64,000 bases of DNA. It comes from Myxococcota bacterium (GTDB taxonomy: Bacteria > Myxococcota_A > UBA796 > GCA-2862545). Positions 9,674 to 18,877 of the stretch are shown in pieces; within the stretch, counting starts at the first letter, position 1; each line of letters starts with the position of its first letter. The stretch lies in assembly GCA_039208735.1 (NCBI GenBank), contig JBCCQY010000028.1, positions 10,595 through 74,594 of the forward strand, in the 5' to 3' direction. The translations under genes and the position numbers were made by a program. The notes below the pieces were generated by a model. It had not been told where the DNA came from and ran no database searches. It saw nothing but the letters and a program-made list of their open reading frames with translations.

Positions 9674-11665
9674 GTGAAGCTCGAGATCGGCCAGGTCATC
9701 CACAACTTCGTGATCGAGCGGGTGTTGGGGTCGGGCGGGACGGCCATCGTCTACCTCGTCCGCGACCGGCACGAGGGCTCCTACCATGCCCTCAAAGTGC
9801 TCACGGTCAGCTCCCCCGCCATTCGTGAACGGATGCGACGCGAGGGGGAGGTCCAATCGGCCCTCCACCACCCCAACATTGTGCCGGTGCGGGATGTCGT
9901 CGATCTCGAAGGCTCCCCCGCCCTGGTCATGGAGTACGTCGAGGGGCCATCGCTCGACGCTGCGTTGCGGCGTTACCGCCTGACCCTGACCGACGCTGAA
10001 CTGTTGTTCGGCGGCATCCTGGCCGGCGTGCAGGCGGCTCACGAATCGGAGCTGGTGCACCGCGACCTGAAGCCAGCCAATGTGTTGCTCGCCAGCACCG
10101 TCGAAGGGTTCGTGCCCAAGGTGACGGACTTTGGGCTCGCCAAGATCATGATCGACATTCCCGGGCTCGCCCATACGCGCGCCGGGATTTCGATGGGCAC
10201 CCCTTCCTACATGGCTCCCGAGCAGATCCGCGACGCCGGCAGCGTCGATCGGCGCGCCGACCTGTGGTCGTTGGGCTGCCTGTTGTACGAGTTGATGACC
10301 CGGCGACGGGCGTTTCCCGGCGAAGAAGCCCTGGCGATTTACAACAACGTCGTCGACGCAACGTACATCCCCCCACGCGAATGGGTCCCCGAGCTGCCCG
10401 ACCGGGTCCACGATGCCATCTTGGGCTGCCTTCAGCTGGACCCGAGCGATCGCATCCCCGATTGTTCTACGTTGCTCGACGTGCTTCAGGGCAAGCTCGA
10501 GTGGGAAACCCAAACTACGGTGCTCAAACGGCCCGCCTGGCTCCTCGAAGGCGACTCCACCGAAGACCCACTGCCCGGTCTTCCCGACCGCTTTTCGAAC
10601 CAGGGACCTGACGTTCCTCCGTTGGGCACCTCGGTTGGGGGCGAGCTTGTGCTCGAGTCCCCAGGGGAACCGGCGGAGGTCACCCTCCCGGTCATCCCCA
10701 CCACCCAGATGGGCCTCGAGGCCTCCGATCTCATCACCGACGATGACATTGCTCCGCCCATCGCCGCAGTGGTTCAAGCCCAGACCACAGGGCACGACGA
10801 ACGCCGAAGCGCCTTTGACGATGAAATTCCCACCGTTGCGGTACGTCTCGAACCCATTCCTACGGGCGAACTGCCCTCTCGAGCCCCTCGCAGCCGGGTG
10901 TCCTCCCAGCCCTTCGAACGGCCTCCATCACGGCGTGGCCCCCGCCTGCCCGTGCTCTTTGGGGCCACCGCCGCGATCGTCTTGCTGTCGGCGGTTGCGA
11001 TTGGCGCGTCGGCCAGCGTGATCAACATGGTGCTGTCCGACGAGGCGCCCCAAGAAGTCAGCTCGGCCATCGTCGAACCCCCCCCGCCGCCCGCGTCACC
11101 GACCGTCGCCCCTAAACCCGCTCCCATCGGGGTGAAGCGCCCTACGCCAGAGCACGCCAATGCGGCGATGGTCACCACGAATCCGGCCCCTCCAAAGGCC
11201 AAGGCAACGCCGAAGCCCCCCATTGCCACGCCGGCCCTCGAGTCCAAACCTGAGCCTCAACCTGTGGTCGCTCCTGCGCCACCGGTCGCGCCCGCTCCCC
11301 CGGCCCCTGAACCGCTGAGCGCCAAGGTCGCGCCCGTGCCAGAGCCTGAAAGCAACGGCATCGCGTCGATCGAAGGGGTTCAGGTGCGAGGGTCCATGCG
11401 CGTCGCACAGGAGGCCGGCAGTGCCGAGCCTATCTCCCTTGAAGTTCGCTTTTTGTCCAACCCGTTGGCCGCCCTGGTGTTCGTCGATGGCCGTCCGGTC
11501 GGGCGCACCCCCAAGAAGCTCGAGCTGACCCGTGGCACCTACGACATTCGAATGGAAAGTGGTGACGACGTAGGACGATTCTCGGTCGCCGTCGCTCCTG
11601 GCCAAAACGCGATGTTCTGCTACAAGTTTGCCGACGGACAGCAGTACGACGGGCGTTGCCCCTGA
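9674..11665 (+). CDS. Membrane Ser/Thr protein kinase with C-terminal PEGA domain
   Basis: GSGG, HRDLKPAN, DFG and GTPSYMAPE motifs; TM helix; Pro-rich linker; PEGA-like SNP..A.VFVDG..VGRTP. Confidence 0.92.
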   Translation: MKLEIGQVIHNFVIERVLGSGGTAIVYLVRDRHEGSYHALKVLTVSSPAIRERMRREGEVQSALHHPNIVPVRDVVDLEGSPALVMEYVEGPSLDAALRRYRLTLTDAELLFGGILAGVQAAHESELVHRDLKPANVLLASTVEGFVPKVTDFGLAKIMIDIPGLAHTRAGISMGTPSYMAPEQIRDAGSVDRRADLWSLGCLLYELMTRRRAFPGEEALAIYNNVVDATYIPPREWVPELPDRVHDAILGCLQLDPSDRIPDCSTLLDVLQGKLEWETQTTVLKRPAWLLEGDSTEDPLPGLPDRFSNQGPDVPPLGTSVGGELVLESPGEPAEVTLPVIPTTQMGLEASDLITDDDIAPPIAAVVQAQTTGHDERRSAFDDEIPTVAVRLEPIPTGELPSRAPRSRVSSQPFERPPSRRGPRLPVLFGATAAIVLLSAVAIGASASVINMVLSDEAPQEVSSAIVEPPPPPASPTVAPKPAPIGVKRPTPEHANAAMVTTNPAPPKAKATPKPPIATPALESKPEPQPVVAPAPPVAPAPPAPEPLSAKVAPVPEPESNGIASIEGVQVRGSMRVAQEAGSAEPISLEVRFLSNPLAALVFVDGRPVGRTPKKLELTRGTYDIRMESGDDVGRFSVAVAPGQNAMFCYKFADGQQYDGRCP

Positions 11666-11694
11666 GGCGCAGAACGGGGTAAGACCGCTGGGCC

Positions 11695-12657
11695 ATGATG
11701 TTTTGGTTCTTCGTCGAAGCGGCCTTTGCCCAAGGATGCCCCGATATCTCCGGCCTCGTGAGGTCGGCATGGTCCGCCTACGAGATTGCCGAGCTTGACC
11801 AAGCGCGCAGCGCCTTGGCCGAGGCGGGTGACGCGCTGTCCTGTCAAAACAGCATCGTCCGTCGAGAGACGTTGCTCGACCTGTTTCGCCTCACCGCTCA
11901 GGTCGCGCTGACGCTCGAAAACGAGCCGCGAATGGTGGCGGCGCTCGAGCGCGCCGTGGCGGTGGATCCGCGGCCAGACGCGCGGCCAGGGGCGCCCTAC
12001 TCGCCCGAACTGGTCGCAGAATGGGATGTCATCGCCAAACGCGCCCGCCAGACGCTTGTGCAGGTCGAGGTGACGGGCGTAGGGGTGGTGTATGTCGACG
12101 GCCGGCTCACCGACGCGCCAAACCCGCTGTTCGTCACCCGAGGCCTGCATCTCGTTCAAACGCCGCTGGCCCGGGGCTTTCGCTCCGAAGTCGTGCTGGT
12201 GTCCGGCGACTACGTCATCGCGACGCCTGGAGGGGCGTCCGGTGCGGTCCCTCCCACCTCCCCACCCAACATTGACGCCTTGCGCCCCGCTCCGATCACG
12301 CCGCCCCCCACCGTCAGAACCGAGCCAAACCGGAGCCGCCGACGCCGCGGCATCATCGCCGGCACGGCGGGCGCCTTTTTCGGCGCCGCGGCCGCATTCA
12401 CGCTTGGGTCTGCGGCGATAAGCGAACGCTCGTTCCAAAACTCGTCCTACAACGGTCCTGTGGTGCCGTTCTACGAGATCGAACGCGGAGATCCGCGCTA
12501 CGAAGAGGCCCGGCGCCGAATCATCGAGTTTGATGCCGGCAATATCAATCTGCTCTACGGCATCGGCTACGGCTCCGCCGTGCTCAGCGGAAGCCTCCTC
12601 ACGGTGGCGTTGGCTCCGTCGAAGCGGGCTCGGGCGGTTCAGGCAACGACGCGTTGA
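11695..12657 (+). CDS. Exported/membrane protein with helical and PEGA-like domains
   Basis: Signal peptide, VYVDG...GLHLVQ motif and two C-terminal hydrophobic segments. Confidence 0.55.
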   Translation: MMFWFFVEAAFAQGCPDISGLVRSAWSAYEIAELDQARSALAEAGDALSCQNSIVRRETLLDLFRLTAQVALTLENEPRMVAALERAVAVDPRPDARPGAPYSPELVAEWDVIAKRARQTLVQVEVTGVGVVYVDGRLTDAPNPLFVTRGLHLVQTPLARGFRSEVVLVSGDYVIATPGGASGAVPPTSPPNIDALRPAPITPPPTVRTEPNRSRRRRGIIAGTAGAFFGAAAAFTLGSAAISERSFQNSSYNGPVVPFYEIERGDPRYEEARRRIIEFDAGNINLLYGIGYGSAVLSGSLLTVALAPSKRARAVQATTR

Positions 12658-13099
12658 CGGCCGCCGCAACCCACGTGGCGGCCTCCGGCTCGAGGTGCTC
12701 GAGCGTGCCCAAGATGCGCCCCCCGTGGCCTCGCAGCTCGAGCGTCGATCCGTCCGCTACGCAAGATTCGATCTGTTCCCAAGAAAACCGCTCTCCAGCC
12801 CAGGACAGGCTGTGGGCTTCTCCTTGGACCTCGGCCGGAAAGAACGCCGCGCCGGCCGACAACGCATAGAGCAGTCCGCCAAACAGAATGCTGCCCCCGA
12901 TGATGGGCGCATGGCTGCCTTCCGCCGAAGCCATCACTTGGGCGATCACAAACCCGACCAGCCCAAAGCCCACCATCACGGCAAAGGCCATCGCGAGGTT
13001 GAAGGCTGGAGCCGGACTTAGGCGCACGAAGAAGCCATCGTCGAGCGGGCGAACGACGAGGCCACGCGAAGGAGGAGGACCCGGATCGATGCGTGCCAT
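12599..13099 (-). CDS. Hypothetical membrane protein (2 TM)
   Basis: Two hydrophobic helices; lies directly downstream of flhB on the same strand. Confidence 0.55.
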   Translation of the reverse strand: MARIDPGPPPSRGLVVRPLDDGFFVRLSPAPAFNLAMAFAVMVGFGLVGFVIAQVMASAEGSHAPIIGGSILFGGLLYALSAGAAFFPAEVQGEAHSLSWAGERFSWEQIESCVADGSTLELRGHGGRILGTLEHLEPEAATWVAAAVNASLPEPPEPASTEPTPP

Positions 13100-13111
13100 G
13101 GCGCGTGCGTA

Positions 13112-14197
13112 TCACTCGGTTCGGGTGGTGTTTCGTTGCTGCCGACGGCGGAACACCACCGCAAGCACCTTCGCCACCGGCACGAACAAGTCGGTGGGCA
13201 CCGCATCCCCCACTTCACAACGCTTGTAGAGCGCCCGGGCGAGGGGTCGGTTTTGGATACGGGGTACCGCGGCCTTCCGGGCTTCGCTGCGGATGCGCGC
13301 CGCAAGATGGTCGGCGCCCTTGCACAGCACCTTGGGCGCTTCGTCGTGGGCCCGGTCGTACTTGAGCGCGACCGCGAGGTGGGTGGGGTTGGTGACCACG
13401 ACGTCGGCATCACGGACCGCATTGAGGCTGATGGCGAGCGCAATCTTTCGAGCGCGTTGACGACGAAATGCCTTGAACCGAGGATCTCCCTCTTGTTCCT
13501 TCTGGTCGTCCCGAAGTTCACGATCCGTTCGCTTGAGCTGCTCGAGCGTCCGCTGGTAGCTCGCGGCATAGTCGATAGCCGCGATGACGATGATGATCGG
13601 CGCCGCGGCCAAGACGGCCGACCAACCTAAGTCCACGAGCAGCTGAAGCAACTGGCCGACCGTCAGCGTCGCGGCCCGAGGCAATGCCGCGATCTTCGGC
13701 CACAACGCGAGGAGGACGGTCGCACCAATCACCAAGATCTTCGCCACACCCTTGGCGAGCTCGAGCAAGGGGGTCCACGACAGATACGTCTGCTGAAACC
13801 CTGAAACGACGTCGAGCCGCTCCCATTTCGGCTCCAACGCCTTGGGCGCCAGTTGCAGTCGCGACTGGGCAATGCTGGCCAGCGTCGAGGCAACAAGCGA
13901 GGCCGCCAACGGCACCGAAATGCTCAAAGCCAACAACACGAGCGCTTCATTCAGCAGCCCGTGCGCTCCGGTCAAGGTCAGGTTGTAGGGACCTTTGCCG
14001 TCGAACCAGGTGACGGACGCCCGTACGAAGGCGTCGTGGACGGGGCCCGGGAACAACACCCACGCGGCCGCAGCCGAAATGACGACCGCCGCGGCATTGA
14101 CGTCCGCCGACCGAGGCATTTGCCCCTTTTCAGCCGCCTCACGCCACTTCTTCTCACCGGGGTCGTGTTTCCGGTCACCCGCGTCCTCGTCGGCCAT
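13112..14197 (-). CDS. flhB: Flagellar export protein FlhB
   Basis: N-terminal KGQMPRS, EGDP and intact NPTH autocleavage motif; sits in the fliPQR cluster. Confidence 0.93.
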   Translation of the reverse strand: MADEDAGDRKHDPGEKKWREAAEKGQMPRSADVNAAAVVISAAAAWVLFPGPVHDAFVRASVTWFDGKGPYNLTLTGAHGLLNEALVLLALSISVPLAASLVASTLASIAQSRLQLAPKALEPKWERLDVVSGFQQTYLSWTPLLELAKGVAKILVIGATVLLALWPKIAALPRAATLTVGQLLQLLVDLGWSAVLAAAPIIIVIAAIDYAASYQRTLEQLKRTDRELRDDQKEQEGDPRFKAFRRQRARKIALAISLNAVRDADVVVTNPTHLAVALKYDRAHDEAPKVLCKGADHLAARIRSEARKAAVPRIQNRPLARALYKRCEVGDAVPTDLFVPVAKVLAVVFRRRQQRNTTRTE

Positions 14198-14953
14198 CTA
14201 CATCCCAAGCCAGCTTGGGAAGGCCGCGATGATCTTCTTCATCGCATCGGCATGGAGGGTGAGGATCCACGGGAGCGATAGCCAGAACAGCGTCATGCCA
14301 CCGATCGTCGTCGCCGTGAGGCCGATGGAAAAGAAGACGTTCATGCGGGGGGCCAGCCGGGCGAGAATCGCCACGAGCACATTCACCACGAACACCATGG
14401 CCAACATCGGCCCCGCGAGCTGCACTCCGAGCGTGAAGTGCCACCCCACCGTGGCGATGATGGCCTGTGGCAGGTCAGGAGACGGCGCAAGGTGACCCGG
14501 AGGCACCTTGGTGAAGCTGTCAGCCAGCATCTGCAGGACATACAGGTGAAGGCCCATCCCCAAAAAGACCATGCCCGACAGCCACGATGCCACGGTACCC
14601 ACCATCGTCGACGTTTGGACCTGCAAGGGGTCGAACATCGTGGCCATCGCGAGGCCCGTCTGCATGCTCATCAGTTCCGCAGCGAGCGACAACGACTGGA
14701 AAATCGCCCGAATGCCCAGCGTCGTCAGAAAGCCGTAGAGCACCTCCACCCCCACGAGCACGATGACCGCATCGAGGGTGGCGGGGGCGGCCGTGATGGG
14801 AAGCGTGGGCAAAATCAGTATCGTCACGCCGACGGTGACCAACACGATGGCCTGGCGGGGCGTGCCCAGCGTCGAGAAGATGGGCAGTCCCGCCACCACG
14901 GCCGCCAATCGGCTGAACGCGAGCACCAGGGTGAAGACGGCATCCGCCAGCAT
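14198..14953 (-). CDS. fliR: Flagellar export protein FliR
   Basis: Highly hydrophobic; QTGLAMATMFDP and RLAPRMNVF motifs. Confidence 0.92.
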   Translation of the reverse strand: MLADAVFTLVLAFSRLAAVVAGLPIFSTLGTPRQAIVLVTVGVTILILPTLPITAAPATLDAVIVLVGVEVLYGFLTTLGIRAIFQSLSLAAELMSMQTGLAMATMFDPLQVQTSTMVGTVASWLSGMVFLGMGLHLYVLQMLADSFTKVPPGHLAPSPDLPQAIIATVGWHFTLGVQLAGPMLAMVFVVNVLVAILARLAPRMNVFFSIGLTATTIGGMTLFWLSLPWILTLHADAMKKIIAAFPSWLGM

Positions 14954-14956
14954 GGG

Positions 14957-15220
14957 TCAGCCGACAGGAATCGACAAGAACATTTGCTGAGCGAAGGTCA
15001 CCGCGACCTGGAGCATCCATCCGCCCGCTACGGCGACGACCAACATGGCAGCCAGAATCTTCGGAACGAAGACGAGGGTGACTTCCTGCACCTGGGTCAC
15101 CGCCTGCAGCACGCTAATCACCGTACCAACCACCAAACTTGCAAGGAGCAGCGGTCCCGCCACGTAGAGCATGGCGAGCAATGCGGATTGTCCTAGGGCT
15201 ACGGCCCCTTCGATGGTCAT
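14957..15220 (-). CDS. fliQ: Flagellar export protein FliQ
   Basis: 87 aa with QAVTQVQEVTLVFVPK signature. Confidence 0.95.
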   Translation of the reverse strand: MTIEGAVALGQSALLAMLYVAGPLLLASLVVGTVISVLQAVTQVQEVTLVFVPKILAAMLVVAVAGGWMLQVAVTFAQQMFLSIPVG

Positions 15221-15966
15221 CGAATGCCTCCCACCATGCCGGCAACAAGCAGCCCCCAGCCATCCATCAACACGAACACCAGCAGCTTGAAGGGCAGTGA
15301 CACCACGACGGGAGGCAACATCATCATGCCCATCCCAAGGAGGACGCTGGCCACCACGAGGTCAACCACGAGGAAGGGCAGGTAAACCTTCACGGCGATG
15401 GTGAAGGCGGTTCGCAGCTCCGACAGCACAAATCCGGTCACCACCACGGGCGTCGGAATGTCGTCGAGGGTCTCGGGACGTGCCTGTCGGGCGAGCTTCA
15501 TGGCCGCAGCAAGGTCGTCTCGGGCCACATTCTTGAGCATGAACGACCGCATCGGACCCATCGCCTTGGGATAGCTCTCCTCGATCGACGCTTGCCCTGA
15601 AATGAAGGGATGAATCCCCTCAGACCACGCCTTCTGTGTCGTCGGCTGCATGACGGTCATCGTCAGCACGAGCGACAAGCCAATCAGCACCTGGTTCGGC
15701 GGAGATTGCTGAAGGCCCAATGCCTGACGCAGCAGCGAAAACACGATGATGAATCGCGTGAACGGCGTCATGGCCAAGATGACCCCAGGCAACAGCGTCA
15801 ACGCGGTGAGCGTGAGCACCAGCCGGACGCTCATCGAAGCCGCCTCGGGCGCCGCGTCGGAGGCGACGCCCACGAGCGCGTCCCCCACCGATGGCTCCGC
15901 GGCGTGCGCCGGTCCCGCGACCAGCCACACGGCGAGCATCAACCCTAAACATCGCAGTAACGGCAA
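15217..15966 (-). CDS. fliP: Flagellar export protein FliP
   Basis: MTPFTRFIIV, LGLQQSPPNQ and GMMMLPP..SLPFKL..DGW motifs; cleavable signal peptide typical of flagellar FliP; TTG start. Confidence 0.95.
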   Translation of the reverse strand: MPLLRCLGLMLAVWLVAGPAHAAEPSVGDALVGVASDAAPEAASMSVRLVLTLTALTLLPGVILAMTPFTRFIIVFSLLRQALGLQQSPPNQVLIGLSLVLTMTVMQPTTQKAWSEGIHPFISGQASIEESYPKAMGPMRSFMLKNVARDDLAAAMKLARQARPETLDDIPTPVVVTGFVLSELRTAFTIAVKVYLPFLVVDLVVASVLLGMGMMMLPPVVVSLPFKLLVFVLMDGWGLLVAGMVGGIR

Positions 15967-16027
15967 ACCCGCCCTCCGCGTCCACCATCGGTCGCCGGAG
16001 GCCTGCGTTGAGCCGCGGTCGCTCGCC

Positions 16028-16393
16028 TTAGTCGGCTAGATGCTCTTCCATATCGGCCAGGAGCTGACGAGCGGGGCCCGTACGATTGTTACGAATGCAC
16101 TTCTTGTAGGCCTTCCAGAGGTCGGCGAGGAAGGTGTCTTCGGTGAGCCGATGTTCATCTGGGTTCGGGTCGGTCGTGGGCAAATCGACCCCCGCGATGC
16201 ACCGACGACTGTGAAGGTTCTTCACGGCCGAGAGGAACAGTCGAACCGCTTCAGGCTCACCTCGGCGCTCCAGCTCGAGAAAAGTCTGCCAAGCCACACT
16301 CTCGGGGAGCGTGCCATCGTCCGTTCGAATCACCCGAATCTGCCGGATGAGGTCCCTCGATGTGCTCGCATCATCGACCAGCGACCGGACCAT
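16028..16393 (-). CDS. Hypothetical soluble protein upstream of fliP
   Basis: 121 aa helical ORF with a GGAGG RBS, co-oriented with fliP. Confidence 0.6.
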   Translation of the reverse strand: MVRSLVDDASTSRDLIRQIRVIRTDDGTLPESVAWQTFLELERRGEPEAVRLFLSAVKNLHSRRCIAGVDLPTTDPNPDEHRLTEDTFLADLWKAYKKCIRNNRTGPARQLLADMEEHLAD

Positions 16394-16499
16394 GAACCCT
16401 CCATTCTCTCGTTCACACGCCTATGGCTCCACTTTTGTGGTACGCCACCCCCGCGGGGCGGGTAAGTTAACACGTTGGGGTCCAAACCCCGGAGAGTCC

Positions 16500-17744
16500 G
16501 TGATTGCCTGGCTCCTCGCCTGTGGGCCCAAAGTCGACATCGGCCCCGTCCCCGTCGAAACGTGGGCCTCCCCGGCACCCGTGGTTCACGTAAACACTAC
16601 GAATGACCCCGACATTCACCTTCTGGCAATGGTGCGGGCAGGTTCGGGGTTCGACCCTATCGGAGAAGAAGGGTTGGCCTGGCTGGTCGCCCACGCTCTG
16701 CCCGCTCCCCTCGAGGTGAGCGTCGATACCGAATGGGTCACCGCACGCCTGCGATGTCCTCGTAGCGAAGCGTCTCGCTGCATCGCAACCTTCGCCGAGG
16801 CCGTTACAACCCCTCGCTTCGAGGACTGGTCCACGCTGCAGCAGGCCGCCCTGACGCGCATCGAAACGCCCTCTTCGTTGGCCGACGAGGTCCTTCACGC
16901 CGTGCTGTTCGAGGGCCATCGCACCGGCCACCCGGGGGCCGGGCGCTCCGGCGTGGTGCCTTCGCTCACCCCCGAGCAGGGGCAATCATTCTTCGAACAG
17001 CATTATCGTCGAGCAACCTTCGTGGCGGGAACGGCCGGAGCCGAAGCCGAAGCCTGGGCGGACGCCCTCGCCGAGGCCCTGCTCGTCATCCCCAGCGGCC
17101 CCCCAGCCGATGCGGCCTGGATTCGACCGCCGACCTTTGCGTCGCGCGGCCTGGTCGTGCTGCCCCCCCCGGTCGACGAAGCACCGACGGACGTTCGTGC
17201 CGGCCAAGTGCTGCGCCTCGCCCCCGACCATGCCGATTGGGTGGCTCTGCACGTGGGTGTCGCCGCCCTCGACGCGCGACTCAAGACGGCGCTAGGCCAA
17301 CAGGCGTTCGCAACCCTCGACGCGGGGCCAGCCAACCCCAAGGACCCCACGCGCGTGCGTCGCACAGTGACGCTTCGGGTCGGCGCCAGCGCGATTGGAA
17401 ACTCGCTTGAGATGTTGGACGTGCTCGTGTCGCAGGTGGAGCGATGGCACGAACAAGGCCTTGGGGACGCCGAGTTCACACGCATCCGAGACAATCTGCC
17501 GGCGGCGTGGACCCCTCAAACGACCGAACGTGCGCTGGCGGAAGCCGTGGCGGAACACGCCGCGGGTTGGCCGTTATGGCCTGTTTCGCCTTTGTCTTCG
17601 TTGTTGCGCGGGCAAGTCGATGGGGCCATCAAACGATGGGTGTCGCCCAACCGTTTTCAACATGTGATGGCCGGCAACCCGGAAGTCACCGATGAACGTT
17701 TCGGTGACAATGTCGTCGAACTCCCCATGGACCCGTTTCGTTGA
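16500..17744 (+). CDS. M16 (insulinase-like) peptidase family lipoprotein, non-catalytic
   Basis: VRAGSGFDP.GEEGLA motif but no HxxEH; FFEQHYR; lipobox LLAC after GTG 16500. Confidence 0.6.
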   Translation: MIAWLLACGPKVDIGPVPVETWASPAPVVHVNTTNDPDIHLLAMVRAGSGFDPIGEEGLAWLVAHALPAPLEVSVDTEWVTARLRCPRSEASRCIATFAEAVTTPRFEDWSTLQQAALTRIETPSSLADEVLHAVLFEGHRTGHPGAGRSGVVPSLTPEQGQSFFEQHYRRATFVAGTAGAEAEAWADALAEALLVIPSGPPADAAWIRPPTFASRGLVVLPPPVDEAPTDVRAGQVLRLAPDHADWVALHVGVAALDARLKTALGQQAFATLDAGPANPKDPTRVRRTVTLRVGASAIGNSLEMLDVLVSQVERWHEQGLGDAEFTRIRDNLPAAWTPQTTERALAEAVAEHAAGWPLWPVSPLSSLLRGQVDGAIKRWVSPNRFQHVMAGNPEVTDERFGDNVVELPMDPFR

Positions 17745-18105
17745 TTGCACATTATTGCAAAATTCGCAAACTCGACCGAGCGACCCCGAGCAGGAGTCGG
17801 CTAATCTGACCGCGCCTTTTTTTGAGGCCCGAACGAAGTCGGCCGGGATCCCAGCCGGGCAGTATCCTGCAAACTCTCCGTGAAACGTCGATGGTGCGAA
17901 AAAGTCCCGGTGAGACGATACGCAACCGCAGGTCCGCCGGTTCGCGAGGCAATCGTTTACCCTATGCATTGCTGTCACAAAGCATCTCAGCACTGTCGTT
18001 CGCCAGGATGCGGCAGCAAGATCCTGTAAATGAACTCGCGTTGGTATTCACATACTAGAACACCGTTCCAATGACCCATCTGGCGAATCGAGGTACCCAT
18101 GTCTC

Positions 18106-18708
18106 ATGCCTTCGTACCTCGACACTGACCCCCGACGTGACCGTATTCTCCAAGCCGCGCTTGTCCTCTGTCTGGAGCGCAATCCCGAGTCGGTGACCAT
18201 CCAGCAGATACGCGGTCTTTCCGGCGCTTCTACCGGGAGTATTTATCACCACTTTCGCGACAAGCAGGGTCTGTTCTTTGAGTTGTTCCTGACCGCCACC
18301 CGCAACTACCACGCGACGGTCCTTGAGGCGGTGGAGTTCGCGACGGGGCCGCGAGCGTTCGTGCGAGCCGTCGTCCGCTCCCACCTCGACTGGATGACCG
18401 AGCATACGAGTTTGGCGAGGTTCATGCAGTCGGCTCGGCGTTCCGAACTGGTGCGAGGCGATGAGCCCGATGTCAAGGAGCAGCACCGCGACTTCGTCGA
18501 TGCCGTCTGCCAGCATCTGGCCCCGTGGGTCGACGCCGAACAGATTCGTCGACTGCCGTGCGACATGACGATGGCGGTCATGCTGGGTCCCATGGAGCAC
18601 TACACGGCGGAATGGCTCATGGGCCGGACGCTGACCGAACCTAGCCAGGCGTTCGGCTTGCTGTCTGAGGCAGCCTGGGAAGCGCTGCGCGTCGTTCCTT
18701 CGATTTAG
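18106..18708 (+). CDS. TetR/AcrR family transcriptional regulator
   Basis: N-terminal HTH: RILQAA...TIQQI...STGSIYHHFRDK. Confidence 0.9.
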   Translation: MPSYLDTDPRRDRILQAALVLCLERNPESVTIQQIRGLSGASTGSIYHHFRDKQGLFFELFLTATRNYHATVLEAVEFATGPRAFVRAVVRSHLDWMTEHTSLARFMQSARRSELVRGDEPDVKEQHRDFVDAVCQHLAPWVDAEQIRRLPCDMTMAVMLGPMEHYTAEWLMGRTLTEPSQAFGLLSEAAWEALRVVPSI

Positions 18709-18877
18709 GCTATTCGGAGAGCCTGCCAATTTTGGTATTCTGAACTTAATTTTTGACAATCTGTCCCACTGATTCGCACACGCGAAGCGAGCAGGTGGGA
18801 TAGTTTGTGCGGAACTGCGGTGGTCACCTTCACCAGCATCCGGCACCTTGAGGACAGAACCAAGTCCTGGAGGCGCC

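Noticed and set aside
13112..15966. Injectisome SctRSTU instead of flagellar export gate
   Set aside because: FliP has a cleavable signal peptide, and stator, fliL, fliM and fliO genes are present in the window.
17860..17950. Possible c-di-GMP-I riboswitch (GCAAAC...GAAA...)
   Set aside because: The stem around GAAA does not pair properly and the GACGCAAAGC core is absent; it would need an Rfam hit.
18796..18810. Sigma54 site upstream of the rSAM gene (TGGGATA-GTTT-GTGC)
   Set aside because: Only the GG/GC spacing fits; too many mismatches to call.
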